Positions 23,500 through 37,920 are shown, numbered from the stretch's first letter. The stretch: 64,000 nt of DNA from Felis catus (GCF_018350175.1 NC_058368.1:47060001-47124000), one strand, 5' to 3'. A program made the numbers and translations. The notes: generated by a model not told the origin, from the letters alone.

Positions 23500-23900
23500 T
23501 AATTCACTAAAATTAATCTTATAGATGTAGATGCCAGATTTGCATTAATTAAAACTCTACTGTAGAAGCCAGGCTTAATTGCAATCAAATTTGCTTAATT
23601 ATGCATGGCGAGAGATTCCCAAACGAGAAAGGTTTTAGTAAGGATTTTGGTTTTTTGCATTGACAAAATAAATTGAAATTGTCATTTTTTGTGTTTTATG
23701 TAACACTTGTAAATAATTTGTGGAGCACCTTAAGTCTTCTATGTAAAGCAATGTTATTGCTTAAGTAATTATAACAATCTGCATTTTTCATTGTTAATTG
23801 TGGGTGTCAGACTCATTAATTTTAATTTACAGACTGTAATGAAATTAAGAAAATTTTATGCTGATCTGCTGAAACTTGTCTTACAGGAAGTTGTTTAATA
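23500..23900. promoter_or_regulatory. Candidate conserved non-coding element / developmental enhancer
   Basis: No recognisable repeat. Octamer ATTTGCAT (23538-23545), several TAATTA/TTAATT cores, TGACA/TGTCA pair (23661, 23680), SOX-type AACAAT/CATTGTT. Motif inference only. Confidence 0.35.
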
Positions 23901-26877
23901 CAACTAAAGTTTGAAAAAGTCAAGACTCATTTTTGTAATTTGTATTTCAACCAATACAATCATTCCACAATAGTTTTTCAGTAAAATCTGGCTTCAATAT
24001 AAAAGCAGATTATTGTATAAACAATTTTGGTTTTTAAAAATCACTTGATATTTCAAGTACAGTAATAATTCAACTTCTATGTGAATTTAACTTACAATTC
24101 CACCTTTGGTCAAAGAAAATCTGCAAACATTACAATATAGTTTCAATTCTATCCTATTTGCTTTCTATAGGGAATCATGCTATTGGAGGGAAAAAGACAA
24201 ACATACCAAAATTCAATTTAATCATTCTTAGATCAATGGATTATCGGTGCACTATTTAACTTACATTTCGATGTGGCTCACCCTAGTTATTTTATCTCAG
24301 ATATCTGTCAGATACCCATAGCTTTAAAAACTACAACTGTAAAACTTGATTTTCAAATGTGGATTGAAAACAAAGTAATTCATTTGGAGATTAGTACAGC
24401 ATACATTTTAAATAAAGAAAGTTAATGACAAGGAAAAATGCTAAATCTTTTTGATTTCACGTTAAGATGTTACATTCTGCTCTTAATGCCTGTTTAAACT
24501 TCAAGTGGTATGATTATTAATATAAAAATATAGTGGAAACAGAAAGTATCTTTCATGCCTATTTAGTAGTAAGTCAACTCTTAGCGAAATTAGTTAAAGA
24601 GCCTTCACCTCAATTATTATTCATCCAATTAAAAATTCTAAAACAATTACTATAATTCTGCTTAAGACCAAGCATGAAAGTTTTGTAGTCAAACACACTT
24701 AGGATTGTTGAATGTCTCAAGAAGAAAGCGACAAGGCAAAGATCCTTTCATCATTAAGGCTAACCTTTAATTACAGGTCCTTTTAAATCAAGTTATTCTA
24801 AAGGGGTGAAATAAATCATCAAAAAGGTCTTGGCGGTGCATCACCGTACACAATACCCTACAACCAGGTACTGGTGGTGGGTCAAAACTTTTTGCCTTTA
24901 TTGACTTAATAGGAGACATAATAGAGATAAAGAATGCCCCAGGCAACGTACCAAATACACAAATAGGTACCAAATACCTAAAGGAGCTTTCCCATAACTT
25001 ATAAACAATGAGAAATTGTGAGATAGTGAGAATTTGGAAGAGCACTTTTTCATCCAAGACTTTAGTTTGAGGACTCCTTTTGCATTTTGTTTACCCTGAC
25101 GAAGGCTTCAAAATCCGCTCATTACTCTTTCTTCATAAGAACATTTGCTCACTATTCCATTTTTCCCATTCTTAATCCCAACCCATTTTCACCAGCCCCT
25201 GGGGAACCAAGAAACTCTAGTACCCCAAATACATTTTTCTGTGATTTTCCATATATGTCTTTAGGATATCACAAAGGTCTTCTTTATTGAGATTCATTTG
25301 AGAAAAAAAATAGGTAAGATTTAATATTCTATCACTTTTTCAGAGCACTGGTACCAGTATATGCCAATGCGCTAACTGAATTTGTTTTCTGATGCTTCTT
25401 ACCCTTCAGAATAATTTTCTCTCCTAATTACGCTTTTGTCTGTATTCGTACTTAAATTTTCATTATTAATTTGCGCTCTCATTATGAAGTCATGTCTTTA
25501 CTTTCTTGTCTCCCCATCACTCTCTGTTCCTAATTCCTATGTACCTTTTCCAGCCATATTGTCACCCTTCTGTCACTCTTTGTTGCCCATATCCTGTATT
25601 CCATTCTCTGTCCCATTTCATCCTGTCCTCTCTGCCCCTGGTTTCACCCAGAGATGCTATTATGGTGATTGATTTACACAGTGCAGAACATTCCATAGGT
25701 ATCATATTGCTATACAACATACACATCCCATACAACAATAAATCTAAAAATAACTAGCAAACGGAGACGTTGAAGTTGAGAGTTAAAAGTGCTAACAGGG
25801 TCAACTGGTATAGTCATTGTGTGGATGGTGGTTTCACTACCTTGGAGACAAATGGGCAAGAGCCAATAGAGCTGGGCACTCATGATGAAATCAGTAATAA
25901 ATCAGACACAGAGTATAAGCATGAATCAAATTACTATACTCAAATAAGAGCTAGGCACAGACTTGAAAGGAAAATATGTCATTTCCTTCCCTTTCCCACC
26001 ATCTCACTTCCATCCATCTTTTGTCTCTTTTACTCGATGTCTGTCTTTCTCAATCCCACCTTTGTTTTTAAGTTTCCCTTATTCTATAATTTTGTAAAGC
26101 AGCGCAATTCATGCCCTAATCCTGAAATGCTTATGCTTCTTATTAAATGTAATTTGATGTGTTAAGACCAGATTTCAGTTCCCTAAAGAGTCAGGTGTGT
26201 AATGATGAATAACATCTGTATATCTTAAGAAGTGAAAGCCCGTTCACTATTCAGAATTGGACAGACATCACATCCAAAGATAATTTGTAATCTTCATATG
26301 GACCCTAATAAGAGCACTCTATCACTTGCGGGAAGATGTCGCTTTTTTGTTCTTTTCTCTTCTGTGCCTAGACTCACCTTGTTTCAATTGTTCCTTCAAT
26401 CACTCCGTAACCACCCTCCACTAGGGTGTAGCCACAAGTGCCTCTGTGTTAAACCACTTGTGAGACATATTAAGCGTGACCTCAAACAATGCAGTAGAAA
26501 TATTGATTCGTGGGAAGCAATAGCACCAGACAGAATGAGCTAGCTGTTCTCTTAAATGGGCCACTCACTTGAGGCCAAAACGCAGGCTAGTTTCAGAGAA
26601 GAGGCAAAACAATAAATAGACTTTGCCAACTTCTTACCTTTTCCTTAAGTACTTAAAGTTTTTCTTTTTATTATGGAAAAACCCAAACATATGAAAAAGT
26701 GAAAAGAAGAGTAACTGAATCTGTGTACCTATCACACGGATTTACCAATCGTTTCTCCTCTCTCCCAATTTCTCCCGCCACTGTATACTATCTATATGCA
26801 CAGACATATTGTATAAACCCCAGTGCACTTTTAACAAAGTGTTATCGTCTCTTCGGTTTAAAAAAGAGCCTTTTATT

Positions 26878-27079
26878 GGGGTGCCTGGGTGGTTCAGTCA
26901 GTTAAGTGTCGGACTCTTGATTTTAGCTCGGGTCATGATCTCACACTTCCTGAGATCGAGCCCCGTGTGGGGCTCTGCACTGAGGACTAGGACCCTGCTT
27001 GGGATTCTCTCCCTCCCCCTCTCTCTGCCCACTGGTACTCCTTCTCTCTTTCTCTCTCAAAATAAATAATCATTTTCTT
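26878..27079 (+). mobile_element. CAN-SINE
   Basis: SINEC body flanked by aaagagcc(t/c)ttta copies. Confidence 0.92.
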
Positions 27080-27093
27080 AAAAGAGCCCTTTA

Positions 27094-27335
27094 GGGGTGC
27101 TTGGGTGGCTCAGCAGGTTAAGCATACAACTTTGGCTCAGGTTATGATCTCATGACTCATGGGTTCAAGCCCCGGATCGGGCTCTGTACTGATAGTTCAG
27201 AGTCTGGAACCTGCTGCAGTTTCTGCGTCTCCCTTTCTCTCTGTGCCTCCCCAGCTCATGCTCTGTCTCTGTCTCTCTCAAAAATAAATAAATGTTTAAA
27301 TATTTTTTAATTTAAAAATAAATAAATTTTTTAAG
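27094..27335 (+). mobile_element. CAN-SINE inserted at the TSD of the preceding SINE
   Basis: TSD aagagcccttta at 27082-27093 and 27336-27347. Confidence 0.92.
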
Positions 27336-28249
27336 AAGAGCCCTTTATCTTTCAAATATCAGGGAAAGCTTACAACAATGCCATGCCATTTCAACTGATA
27401 AAAAATATTTATTGGTGCCACTGTGAACAAAAAACTCTTTGCAGTGAACCCCACCTTTAGAAGTATCTGGTGCCCCTCATTTTGAGTCTATTCAGCATTT
27501 TTGAGAGGAAATTAATTTTCATTTGTTGGTTTTTCTCTGATACAAAGGCACAGTTATTGTCTATCTAGAACTCTCACCTTCAACACGCAGTTGGTATCAC
27601 CTCCACCATTTTATCATTTACATTTTCTTTGTTCTTATACAACTGTATCTCTTTTACTCTTTATTCATTTTGGTTAATTTCAGGAATAGATAGGTATAAG
27701 TTAATCTTTTATGCCGCCACATTAATGTTTAAGCTATTTTTGATAGCACATTCCATGTGACAATAGTGGGACTCTGACTGGCAAAGAGGAGAGATCAGAA
27801 AAATTAGATTAGAGAACAGGCATAAGGAAAACATTTCTTATACCTATATTTGTTTCCTATTCTATATCAATTTTTTTCTTTATATTAACAAAGCCATATT
27901 CCTAGAGCTCTCTCTATTTTGATTAATGATATATTTGCAATTGGTGGAGAGATACAGCAGAGAAGAATTGTATTACATGTTCCCTATGCAGTTTCTTCCT
28001 TTTCTGGGAAAATGTCACCTACAAAACATACTGCCCTTTTACACTATTTATAATGAACATTTTTTAACAACATCTGTCTCATGAACATGTAAAGTAGGAA
28101 TCGTGTATGGGCGATATAACACCATCAGCTGCATAATGCTGGGGGAGAAAAACATGTTGACAGAACAAGCTGAGAGTGACCTATGACTCTATCCAAAGCA
28201 GTTGGGACCATTGAGTGAGCCACAGAAATCATCTCTTCTCATGTTTTGT

Positions 28250-28780
28250 TCTAGTTGTAATCTAATTGATTTGTTTATACGCCATGGAAAACAACACTGA
28301 GTTACACTGAGTAACTTAAGATTTTTAGAAGAGGGCAATTTAATAGAAGAATATTGGGTGGCTCACAGAAAGAACATGAGACTGGAGAACTCAGCTTAGA
28401 TGCTGGGCAGGAGCAGGGGCTCCTCTGGGAGACTGGATGCAGGGTCCACTTATCTTTTCCGGCCAACGTCATGGGAATGGTAGAATTCCAATCTTGTCTC
28501 CTTTCTTGCATCCCTCTGCGCAAGGTTCTTAGCCCCTAAGGGGCCTCCTGGCTACCTCTTTGTCAGGTGCCTGTCCTTGCCTATATCAGCCTGAGGAGAA
28601 ACATTTGGCTACAGAGACTTCCAGGGAGCCCCTCCTTCCACCCTGGTTGCTTGCTCTGAGGGAGGACATGGTACCCTAGTTACGATACCGCCAAGACAAC
28701 AAGGTCATTGCCAAAAGGAAATGTGTGTGCTGTAAATAAGGGAGGATGGCTATTGGCAAGGCAAAATAACAAGTGATTAC
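28250..28780 (-). mobile_element. Old MaLR LTR (MLT1-type), highly diverged
   Basis: aatttaatagaagaatattgggtggctcacagaa...ccaaaaggaaat...ggcaaggcaaaataaca resembles old antisense MLT1 LTRs. Confidence 0.45.
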
Positions 28781-29319
28781 TCTGCTCCACTATTTTCTCT
28801 TTCAATATAAATTACTAATGATTACTAATAGTAGTAATCATTGTGAGGATGAGAAAACAGCAGACATTTATGAATAAAATAAGTCGTCAATTGAGTTATT
28901 AACTCTTATCTTCTTTAGTCCTATTCTGCCTTGAATAACTACATTCTTAACATCTTGCTAAAATCTTACTGTCTTGTTCTCCCCAAGAGTGAGCCCTCCC
29001 CCATGTAGTCTTTCTACACTGCACTTGAACTTCCTCAGTACTCCCTGAAGTACTCTGCACCCAAAACAGTTTGCTCGTTCTATTCACTATTGAAAACTTG
29101 GGATTGTGAGCAAGTGATGCTGTGGAAGCAGTCCATTGCTCTTCTCTGTGTTTCTTTTCTTAGCCTAAAGGTACAATATTCAAACTTTAAAAGAAAAAAA
29201 TCCAATCTAGGAATATGTCCCCCAAACAAGGCATTTCTAAGTGTAAGGCATGATACCTAATAATAATACCTCATATTTATAGATAACACTCTTACTGATT
29301 GTCAGAACACTATACACTA

Positions 29320-30520
29320 TATTCACTCATTCTACAAATATTTACTGAGCTCCTAGTATGTGCCAGACATGGCCGGAGCCTAACTGTGTCTTGAAGGCAG
29401 TGCCATGGGATTTGCTGTTAGATCGAACGTGGGGTGTGAGAAAAAGAAATCTAGCATGACTTCATTGAGATGTAGGTGGAGCCTACAGAGGAAAATCAGT
29501 TCAGTTCTGAAAAAGTCAAGTTTAAGAGTATTTTTGGATGTCCAAGTATAGATGTTATAAAGACAATTGGACTTTAGTGGAGAGATTAGGTTATATTTGG
29601 AAGTTGTCCACATATTGGTAGTATTTAAAAGCCATGTGCTTAAGTGGAATATCAAGGGGGAAACATAGGCAGAGGAAAGATCGAGTCCAAAGTCTAACCC
29701 CTGTGTCATCCCAGAGCTATGAGACTAGGGCCAGGAAGATAGAGGAAACCAAGAACATGTAGAGTGCTGGAAAACAGATGAAGAAAGGATTTCAGGATAG
29801 AGAAGTGATGGTCTTTGTTAAATGTTGACAGTAAGTCAAGTCAGAAGAGAATTAAAAAATTGACAATTGAGATTGCGCCACACCGGTGACCACAAGAAGA
29901 GTGGAGTCAGCGTGTGTGTTTGGGATAGGGGCGAGGTGCAGGGAGGCTGACTGAAGGAGTTTAAGGGAGAATGAGTACAGAGGAATTGGAGACAGTGAAT
30001 ATTAACACACTTTTAAGGAGTTTGTAGTAAAAGGGTTCAGAGACATAGGAAGTATCTTGAAAAGAAAGAACCAAAAGAGAACAAGCAAGAGAAGGCACTT
30101 TAGTATGGGAGAAAGGATAGCATTTTTCTCTGCTGAAGGAAGAGGTCCAGGAGGAAGGGAGAAGCACTTGCCATGGAAGAAAAAGGGAGAATCACTGCAT
30201 CAATGAGTTGAGCAGAAGAGAGTAAACAAGTAAAGGGTGTGGTGTTTGCAGGAGAATGGAGCGTCAATCCACAGTAACGGGAAGGTACATAGAGCAAATA
30301 GACACAGTTCGGAGGTGGGTATGGTGGTGGGCTTTAGAGAAGATTTATTTTGTGCTGATTCTGCTAACTCATTACAATAGGAGGCAGCGGCATCAGTGGA
30401 AGTATTGGAAGGTTTCTCAGAGAGTACTATGTTTCAGTGTAAGATTATAAGGCTGTTTTTTACTGTAATGACAGAATCTGGGATATTTGGGAAGTGACTA
30501 TGAAGGGTATAGAGGAAGAA
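29320..30520 (-). mobile_element. LINE-2 remnant
   Basis: L2 3' end attcactcattctacaaatatttactgagctcctagtatgtgccag, followed by purine-rich antisense L2 body. Confidence 0.7.
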
Positions 30521-31121
30521 CAGGAGGAGAACCAAAGAAATGATTGGGAAACTTTGCCTCCTCATGCCTTCACTGCCAGCTCTCCCTGGATTTGTCATCC
30601 CCCCCACCCCACCACACTCCCACACTTCCACCTCCAGAAGGACCACACCAAACCAGAGCACCTCTTCACTTTGCAGGGATCTTAGCAATTAGCTCATTCA
30701 GCCATCTGCTTTATTAGCATCCCTTCTCAAGGTGTTTCCTCTCCCTAGAACACTATTCTCCTAGATCTTTGCCTGGATCTTTCATCACTCAGATTTCACT
30801 TCTAATATCTTTTTCTCAGAGACCACCCCAGACCACCCACTGTGGTCTAAGTGTTCCTGTCCCTTCAAAACTGGAAATTCATCTCTTGATATCCCTAGGT
30901 CTCAGGGGTGGGGGTGTTTTATAAGCAAAATTAGGAGGCTGGAGACTTTTGATCTAATTCTAAGTAATTTTTATTTATCCTTTCAAACATGAGAATGGTT
31001 TACAATTATGTGAATTCAATTTATAAATTATTTCAAATTTTATACCCCGTGTCTTCCTGGTTGCTCTCCTTTGGACACACCCTTATGGAGGCTGGGCATC
31101 AGCCCTTGGTTCCCAGTCATT

Positions 31122-31333
31122 TCTTTTTTTTTTTTTCATGTTTGTTTATTTATTTATTGAGAGAGAGAGAGCACACGAGCAAGGTACAGGGCAGAGAGAA
31201 AGAGAGAATCCCAAGCAGGCTCTGCACTGTCAGCCCAGAGTCTGATGTGGGGCTCAGTCTCATGAACTGTGAGACCATGACCTGAACCATAATCAAGAGT
31301 CTGATGCTTAACCAACTGAGCCACCCAGGCACC
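31122..31333 (-). mobile_element. CAN-SINE
   Basis: Antisense SINEC with flanking gtcatttctt repeats (TSD). Confidence 0.92.
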
Positions 31334-31370
31334 GCCCCCCACCCCACTGTCATTTCTTAATCTTCGTGCT

Positions 31371-31790
31371 TGTATTAGTTTCCTGTAGCTGCTGTAACAA
31401 ATCACCAAAAACTTGGTTGCTTAAAACAATAGAAATGTATTCTCTTATAGTTGTCCAGGCCAAGTCCTAAATTAGTACCACTGAGCTGGAATCAAGGTGT
31501 CTACAGAGGTCTGCTTCTTCTAGAGAAGCTCTAGGGGAGAATCCATCCTTTACCTCTTCCAGCTTCCAGTGTCTTCTGGCAACCCTTGGCTTGTGGCTGC
31601 ATATTTCCAATTTCTGCCTCTGTCTTCACATCGCTTTTCCCTCTTCTGTTGAAATCTTCCTCTATCTACTTCCTATAAGGATATATGTGAATTGCTTTTA
31701 GGGCCCATCTTGATAATACAGGAGAATCTCCCCACCCCAAATCCTTCACTTAATCACATCTGCAAAGACCCTGTTTTATTATAAATTACA
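31371..31790 (-). mobile_element. MLT1C/D-like MaLR LTR
   Basis: tgtattagtttcctgtagctgctgtaacaaatcacc...ctaggggagaatcc...ttaatcacatctgcaaagacc. Confidence 0.85.
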
Positions 31791-31841
31791 GATTTTTCAT
31801 TTCTGTATCTGGAATCATTTAAATATTTTAACAGTCTGATT

Positions 31842-32228
31842 CAATGGTGTGCTGAAGCTGGCTCATATCAGCTCACAGATTCGATTGTTAATTTTTCAGG
31901 CATTTTGTGAATGGTTGTTAAACATAGCCATCATGAAAAATTGAAGTGCGTACATTCCCAATTAGAGCACTCTTAATAAATAACCAAAGCTTATCAGTTC
32001 CTAGTAATTTTACTAGATTTTACTATTTCAATTCTCTTGAGGTCGTCCATCGTATATGTATGGTGGAAATAGTATGTAATGATGTGCTGTGACACATCTC
32101 TTTCACAGTCTGCATTTAGTGATTTCACGTTAGTGCCTTGAAATTAGGCATGGTGGGGGTATTTACACCATGGAAATCAACATATTTTACAAGTCAGAGC
32201 TTTTGTAAAAACTTTTCACAGCACACTC
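31842..32228. mobile_element. MER63-like hAT (Blackjack) DNA transposon fossil
   Basis: Ends caatggtgtgctg... and ...cagcacact. Internal ttgaaattaggcatggtgggggtatttacaccatggaaat is typical of MER63. Confidence 0.7.
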
Positions 32229-33825
32229 CTTCTAATTACTGTAAGAAACTATGTGAACTTTAAGCCTAAAATTAAGCAAGACTTGAGGAATTGTTTTCAG
32301 AGAAAAACATCCTTTTAGGTTTCAGGAGATACCTTCTCTATCTTCAGTAAAGAAATTTGTGGAATACCCATTTTCTCCTGGAAAAACATGTCTGACTTTA
32401 TGGGAACACTCTGATAGAAGTGCTAAACAACATGAATTAGATGTAAGTCTGTTAGAACTAATTCACTGCTCAAGAAAAGAGATCAGCAGAAAATAAAGGG
32501 AGATAAAATTTAGGAAGCTAATAAGATGATTGGATTTTCTGACAGGGTTAATTCATTTGTAATAATGAAGAGAATCTGGACTACTGGAGGGGAAACAAGC
32601 TTTTACTATATAGGAAAGTGTTTACATTACATATATCTATTGCTGGGATTTCAATCTTTCTTTGAAAAAAAAAAACTAAAGCTTTCCTGGGCTAATCACC
32701 TTTCTTATCTTCTTATTCTGCCTAATTAGTAATTATAAATCGCCTATTTTAAAGCAAGATCTAGGACACAATGAGAATTTTTAAAAAGTTAAATCAAGCT
32801 GGGCTGAATGCCCAGAAAAATTACAAATTTAGTTTAACACTCCTGGGATTTCTATGTATGTCTATGTGTCTATGATTGGGTTTATTAGACATAACTAATT
32901 GAAAATAAAAGATAAAATACCTGGAAATTAAACTTCAAATAATGTTAGTAAGTGATAAGAAAGCATTTTTTTAATCAAAGTTCAATGGACAGAAAAAGGG
33001 TCTGTCAATTAACTGAATTCAAGTTTTCTTTGAAAGAAATTTAATGTGTTCGACTTGCCTCCAAGTTTAAAATTAATACCTAAGATAGAAAACTTACTCC
33101 CTAAATTCAGTACTAAGAAACAAGCTTAGTTTGTTAGCCCTGACTAGCAGAGTCAGGGCTAGACAAAGTTGTAATGGAGAGCAGACAGGAGTTAAATAAT
33201 GAAAATAAAAGGACAGGCAAAGGTTCTAGCAAATGGAGCAGAAAGAGAAAAAGAATGAGGAACATATAGGATTCAGATTATCTTTTGAGGGATATTCTTA
33301 GGCAATGAACATCACAGTAGTGTCTCCTTGCCCTTTGAGTAATTTGACTAGCCACGATTCTCAGCTGTTTAAGTGTATAAGATTCTTAAAGACTGTCTTT
33401 GCTTTTTCAGAGTGCCTAGCATAGTGCCCTACTGTCAGTGACACCCCATAATTTATCACTCAATTAGTGTTTGTTCTGGAAATGTCAGAGGCTCTGCTTT
33501 GAGTGGATCAAGCCAAAAGAGCCAAACCAGCGAGAATGCATACCCTAGAATTATCCATGACCACCACAGCATATCCATATTAGATGCCTGCCAAAAGAAA
33601 TTCTACTCAAAGGAGAATCAGCTGGAAGGCAAGAGAACCCTCACGTTGGCCTGGGATAAAAAGTGTTCCAGATGTACATGAGAACCGCACTGTGTAGTAC
33701 GCTAGTTGTAATATAGTTTTGTTTTTGTTTTTGTTTTTAATGTTGTCTTGACCTACTCTTGAGGCCCTGGTGGGAGGCTGCTCAGTTTCTCTTCTCGAGG
33801 AGCTGATTGAAGCCACATCCCACCA

Positions 33826-34027
33826 GGGGCACCTGGGTGACTACGTTAGTTAAGTGTCCACTTTGGCTCAGGTCATGGTCTCACGGTTGGTAGGTTCGAG
33901 CTCCGCATCAGGCTCTGTGCTGACAGCTCGGAGCCTGGAGCCTGCTTTGGATTCTGTGTCTCCCTCTCTCTGCCCCTCCCCTCCTCATGTTCCGTCTCTC
34001 TCTGTCTCAAAAATAAAAAAACGTTTA
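33826..34027 (+). mobile_element. CAN-SINE
   Basis: SINEC head, body and aaaaataaaaaaacgtt tail. Confidence 0.93.
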
Positions 34028-35864
34028 ATGCATATATATATGTGTGTGTACTTAAGCCTCAACAACAAAAGTAATTTAAAAAAGCTCAGCAAGCCGCATC
34101 CCTTGACACCACTTCTCAGTGCTATTCTTTCCTCAAAGCCACCAGTCAGAAGAGAGGAGCTCCAGAAGGAAAAACTGATCAATTGCCACAGGGACAGGGC
34201 TACTACAAAATTGCCCAGTGCTCTTGTTGTGGCTGTGACTTCTGTATCCTATCTTTAATCTCCCAAAAGCCATCTTAATCTAAGATTCTGGAGGTCAAAG
34301 AAGCATTTTGGTCTATCCTAGGAGCTAGAGGTAAGTAACTATTAGCAATGGGGAAGTAACCCCACCATTGTATTAAAAAAAAAAGATAGAAATAAAAGAA
34401 AATCCTGTAACCCCCCCCCCTTAGTTTATCTGTAAAACCTGAATAATGGTCTCTAGGTCATTAGATTAATAGAGCTGACACATGTATAGCCGTTAGTCTA
34501 GTTCTTGAAACAATAACCTTTCGCTCATGGTGGCTATATGTCAACATTAAAATTCTGCTCCTAAATAAATGTTAGTTAACCACTTCACGTTACCTTTCAT
34601 ACCTACGTCTTCCATTGTAGGCTCGTGGCTCTTACCCTAACAAATCCTTTTTACCTCATCAAGCAGCGAACAATCCACTCGGATATCTCTTTCCTTTTGA
34701 TTACTCTTTGTACATCTTCCTGGTACTAGGGAAATTCCACTGCTTCAACTTCAGACTCCACTTCCTCACTTTCAAGGTTCCAGTTTCCTGGTTTCTTTCA
34801 CCATTGATCTCCCTAGCTACATATCTGGCCAGTTGTTCCCAGTCTCTGTAACATGCTTCTACTAATGGGAACAGCCCAGCCCCTGCCCTATAGCGCCTTG
34901 AAGGGGCCATTCCTAGTCTCACCGCTATGCTTCTTCCTGTTCCATAACATCCTCCTGGAAGGCCTTTTGAAGAAGTCTTACTCCGTCTTTAAGGCCAGTT
35001 CAATGATACGTTTTCCATAAATTTTCTTTTATCGCGAGATTATCTCTACTTGTCTTGACCTCCCCCTGCTTTCTTTGCACTTTTGTTATGTTTTGGTTGA
35101 TACTATATGTCCTGGAAATGTATTTTATACCCCCAAGAAAATTATAAACATTATTAAGCAAAAATTATCCCATTCACTTCTCTTCGTGGCTTAGCACTTG
35201 GCACTAACAGTGTTCATTAAAAATTTGATTGCCTGAAAATAACATGCCTATAATGAAAGCTGGCATTTATGGAAGATTTACTTTGTATCCAGCACGTGCC
35301 CTTTATATGTAATCATTGCCCAAAAGAGCTATTTTGATGGTTATCAATTATTGCCATTTACAGATGAGTAATCTATGGCAGTGTAACATTAAGTCCTGTG
35401 CCCAGGACCATAGCATCAGTGAGCCCAGCAACAGCCATTTACTGAGAGTCTGCCTTTCTCTCTTGAGTCCTCCTCCAAGTATGCACCAGTTGACTGACAC
35501 ATTGGTCTTTCTTTTCTCCTTTGCAGAGTCCAAGTTCATCCCCATCTCGGAATGCTTTCACTCTGTTCCTTCTTAAAAGGGTCTTCCTCCATATCTTCAC
35601 ATCATTGTCTCATTCTCATGACTAAGCCCTGAATGTACTGTTATCTTTTCAGAGAGAACTTTCCAGACCACCTGAGCCACAGTGGTCCCCAATTAGTCCC
35701 CACCATATCATGCTATGTAATTTTCATAACACTAAGGAAAGCCCCAAATTATGTCATTATATATTAGTTATTAACAAAACAAAATCCCTGCCATCATAGA
35801 ATTCTGTACATTTCACTTAGACTACCCAGGCAAAAGTTTGCTCTCTGTTTAAGAAGTGCTTCTT

Positions 35865-36087
35865 GGGGCGCCTGGGTGGCGCAGTCGGTTAAGCGTCCGA
35901 CTTCAGCCAGGTCACGATCTCGCGGTCCGTGAGTTCGAGCCCCGCGTCAGGCTCTGGGCTGATGGCTCAGAGCCTGGAGCCTGTTTCTGATTCTGTGTCT
36001 CCCTCTCTCTCTGCCCCTTCCCCGTTCATGCTCTGTCTCTCTCTGTCCCAAAAATAAATAAACGTTGAAAAAAAAATTTAAAAAAAA
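35865..36087 (+). mobile_element. Young SINEC_Fc-type CAN-SINE
   Basis: Near-consensus body. Perfect TSD aagaagtgcttctt at 35851-35864 and 36088-36101. Confidence 0.97.
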
Positions 36088-37920
36088 AAGAAGTGCTTCT
36101 TAAAATTACAAACCTAGGTCAAAGAAATAGTATGACCTATTTTTAACTTTAAAAATCTATTATAAACTTTTTGTTCTATTTGCCTTTTAATATTTTCCTT
36201 TTTGCATTCAAAATAACAGATTTCTCTCAATTATAAAAATTACTATAATCCATATGAAATGTTGTCTTTGTAGATAGAAAATGGTATAATATTGCAATTT
36301 CATACAGTCCAGCTGACTAGCTTTAAAGATGTGTAATCTCAAGACCCCAACTGCAGTTTTCTAGACCTCAGATTGCAGTCCTCTGAGTTATCAGACTTGG
36401 CGAAAAATTACCCTCTCTAATAGTTTACTTGTCTGAACAGACTACAGTTGCTTTCCACACCACTCAAAATAAAAGTCGTGTGCTAAAGAGAATTCTGGTT
36501 TATTTACCTTTGCTACATTTTATGGTAGTAGGTGTTGTGAAATAGTTAAACATTAGCTTGATTGGGTTGATAAAAAAGGGAAAAACACTTTGAAATAGGC
36601 ATGGTTAATGGCTCCTTTTTAAAAGCAAAATCTAACTATAGGCACATACACACTGAGACACAGTGCATCCATCAACCTTAGAAAAAGGTTTCTGGTCTGA
36701 GTATTGACATGCAAGATAGTGGCAGAGCTCAAGATAATGGAGGAGCTTTATTCCTAGAGTGATGTTTTTAACTGGGACTTCATCGATGTGCAAGGTTTCC
36801 TGAGAGAAAATAACAGATCAAAAATGGTTGATTTCCTTGGGTTCACAGATTTTTTTTCCTTGACAAATTATGTGGAATTTTCCTATAGGTCACTAGATTT
36901 CACTAATTCTAACTTCAGACAACTTTAAATTATTTATGCAGATTATCCAATTTGTGGGACACTTATAGCATTCATTTTAATTTTTGCCTTGTATATACCT
37001 AAAAACTGACCCACTTCTGAATCAACCCCCTTTCCTGGATATCCACCAGCATGAACTCAGGAAATAGCAGCCTAAGTAAATCCAAATTAAGAAGGCAAAT
37101 CATTCTAATTTAAAAGTTGTATCACCCACTCTAAAATACTTTGATATTTTATATTATATTAGATCATTTGTGAGTATATTCCTTTCATAGAGTGTGATTT
37201 ACCATCTTTATTTTCAATGTTTTGATTCAATGTTCTAAATGTTTATTTACCATCTTCAAAGAATTACGTGTGGAGTTGAGATACACTCAGAAGTATCACA
37301 GTATAAGTTTAATACTGTATGGTTTGGATTATAGTCATGGTTTACTGAAATAGAACAGTAAATGTCTCTACTCATCAGTTTTATACAGATCAGAATTAAA
37401 ATAGTTAGTAGAAGCACCTGAACATGAATGATATTGCCAAGAACTACATTTAAGAAGTAAAACAAAACCTACAGAAATAAAAAAGAAATCTAACACTGAT
37501 AAAATCGTAGTTCATGGAAGTTCATTGATTAAACCACAGTTCATAACAACTGAGAAGGATTCTTTTCAACTCATAAAATACTTTCAAATATAAGTATTCC
37601 CGGAACTTGTTCTCAATCTATGTTTTTATTTATTTGAATTTTTAAAGGCTGGTATTGTCAGGTGTTTCTTGCTCAGCCAGAGGCTAAAATGAGTATCTAC
37701 CCAAGGAGGATTCTTCATAGGTTGAATGTTTTGAAAGCCCACGTCAGAGACAGGATCTGGTACCTGGGACAGAGAAAACTGTGTGGAACTTCTTGCAGGA
37801 ACAAGAAGAGAAATGCATTCATAACAGAACTTGGTGTTTCATGGGGAAGGGTAGCAGCAAGGCTAGAAAGACCAGGGGGAAATACACAAGCTCTGTGGAG
37901 CTATGTGCTGTGTTATATGT

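Noticed and set aside
24788..25057. 89-aa minus-strand ORF
   Set aside because: Non-ATG start, no recognisable protein, no convincing donor site.
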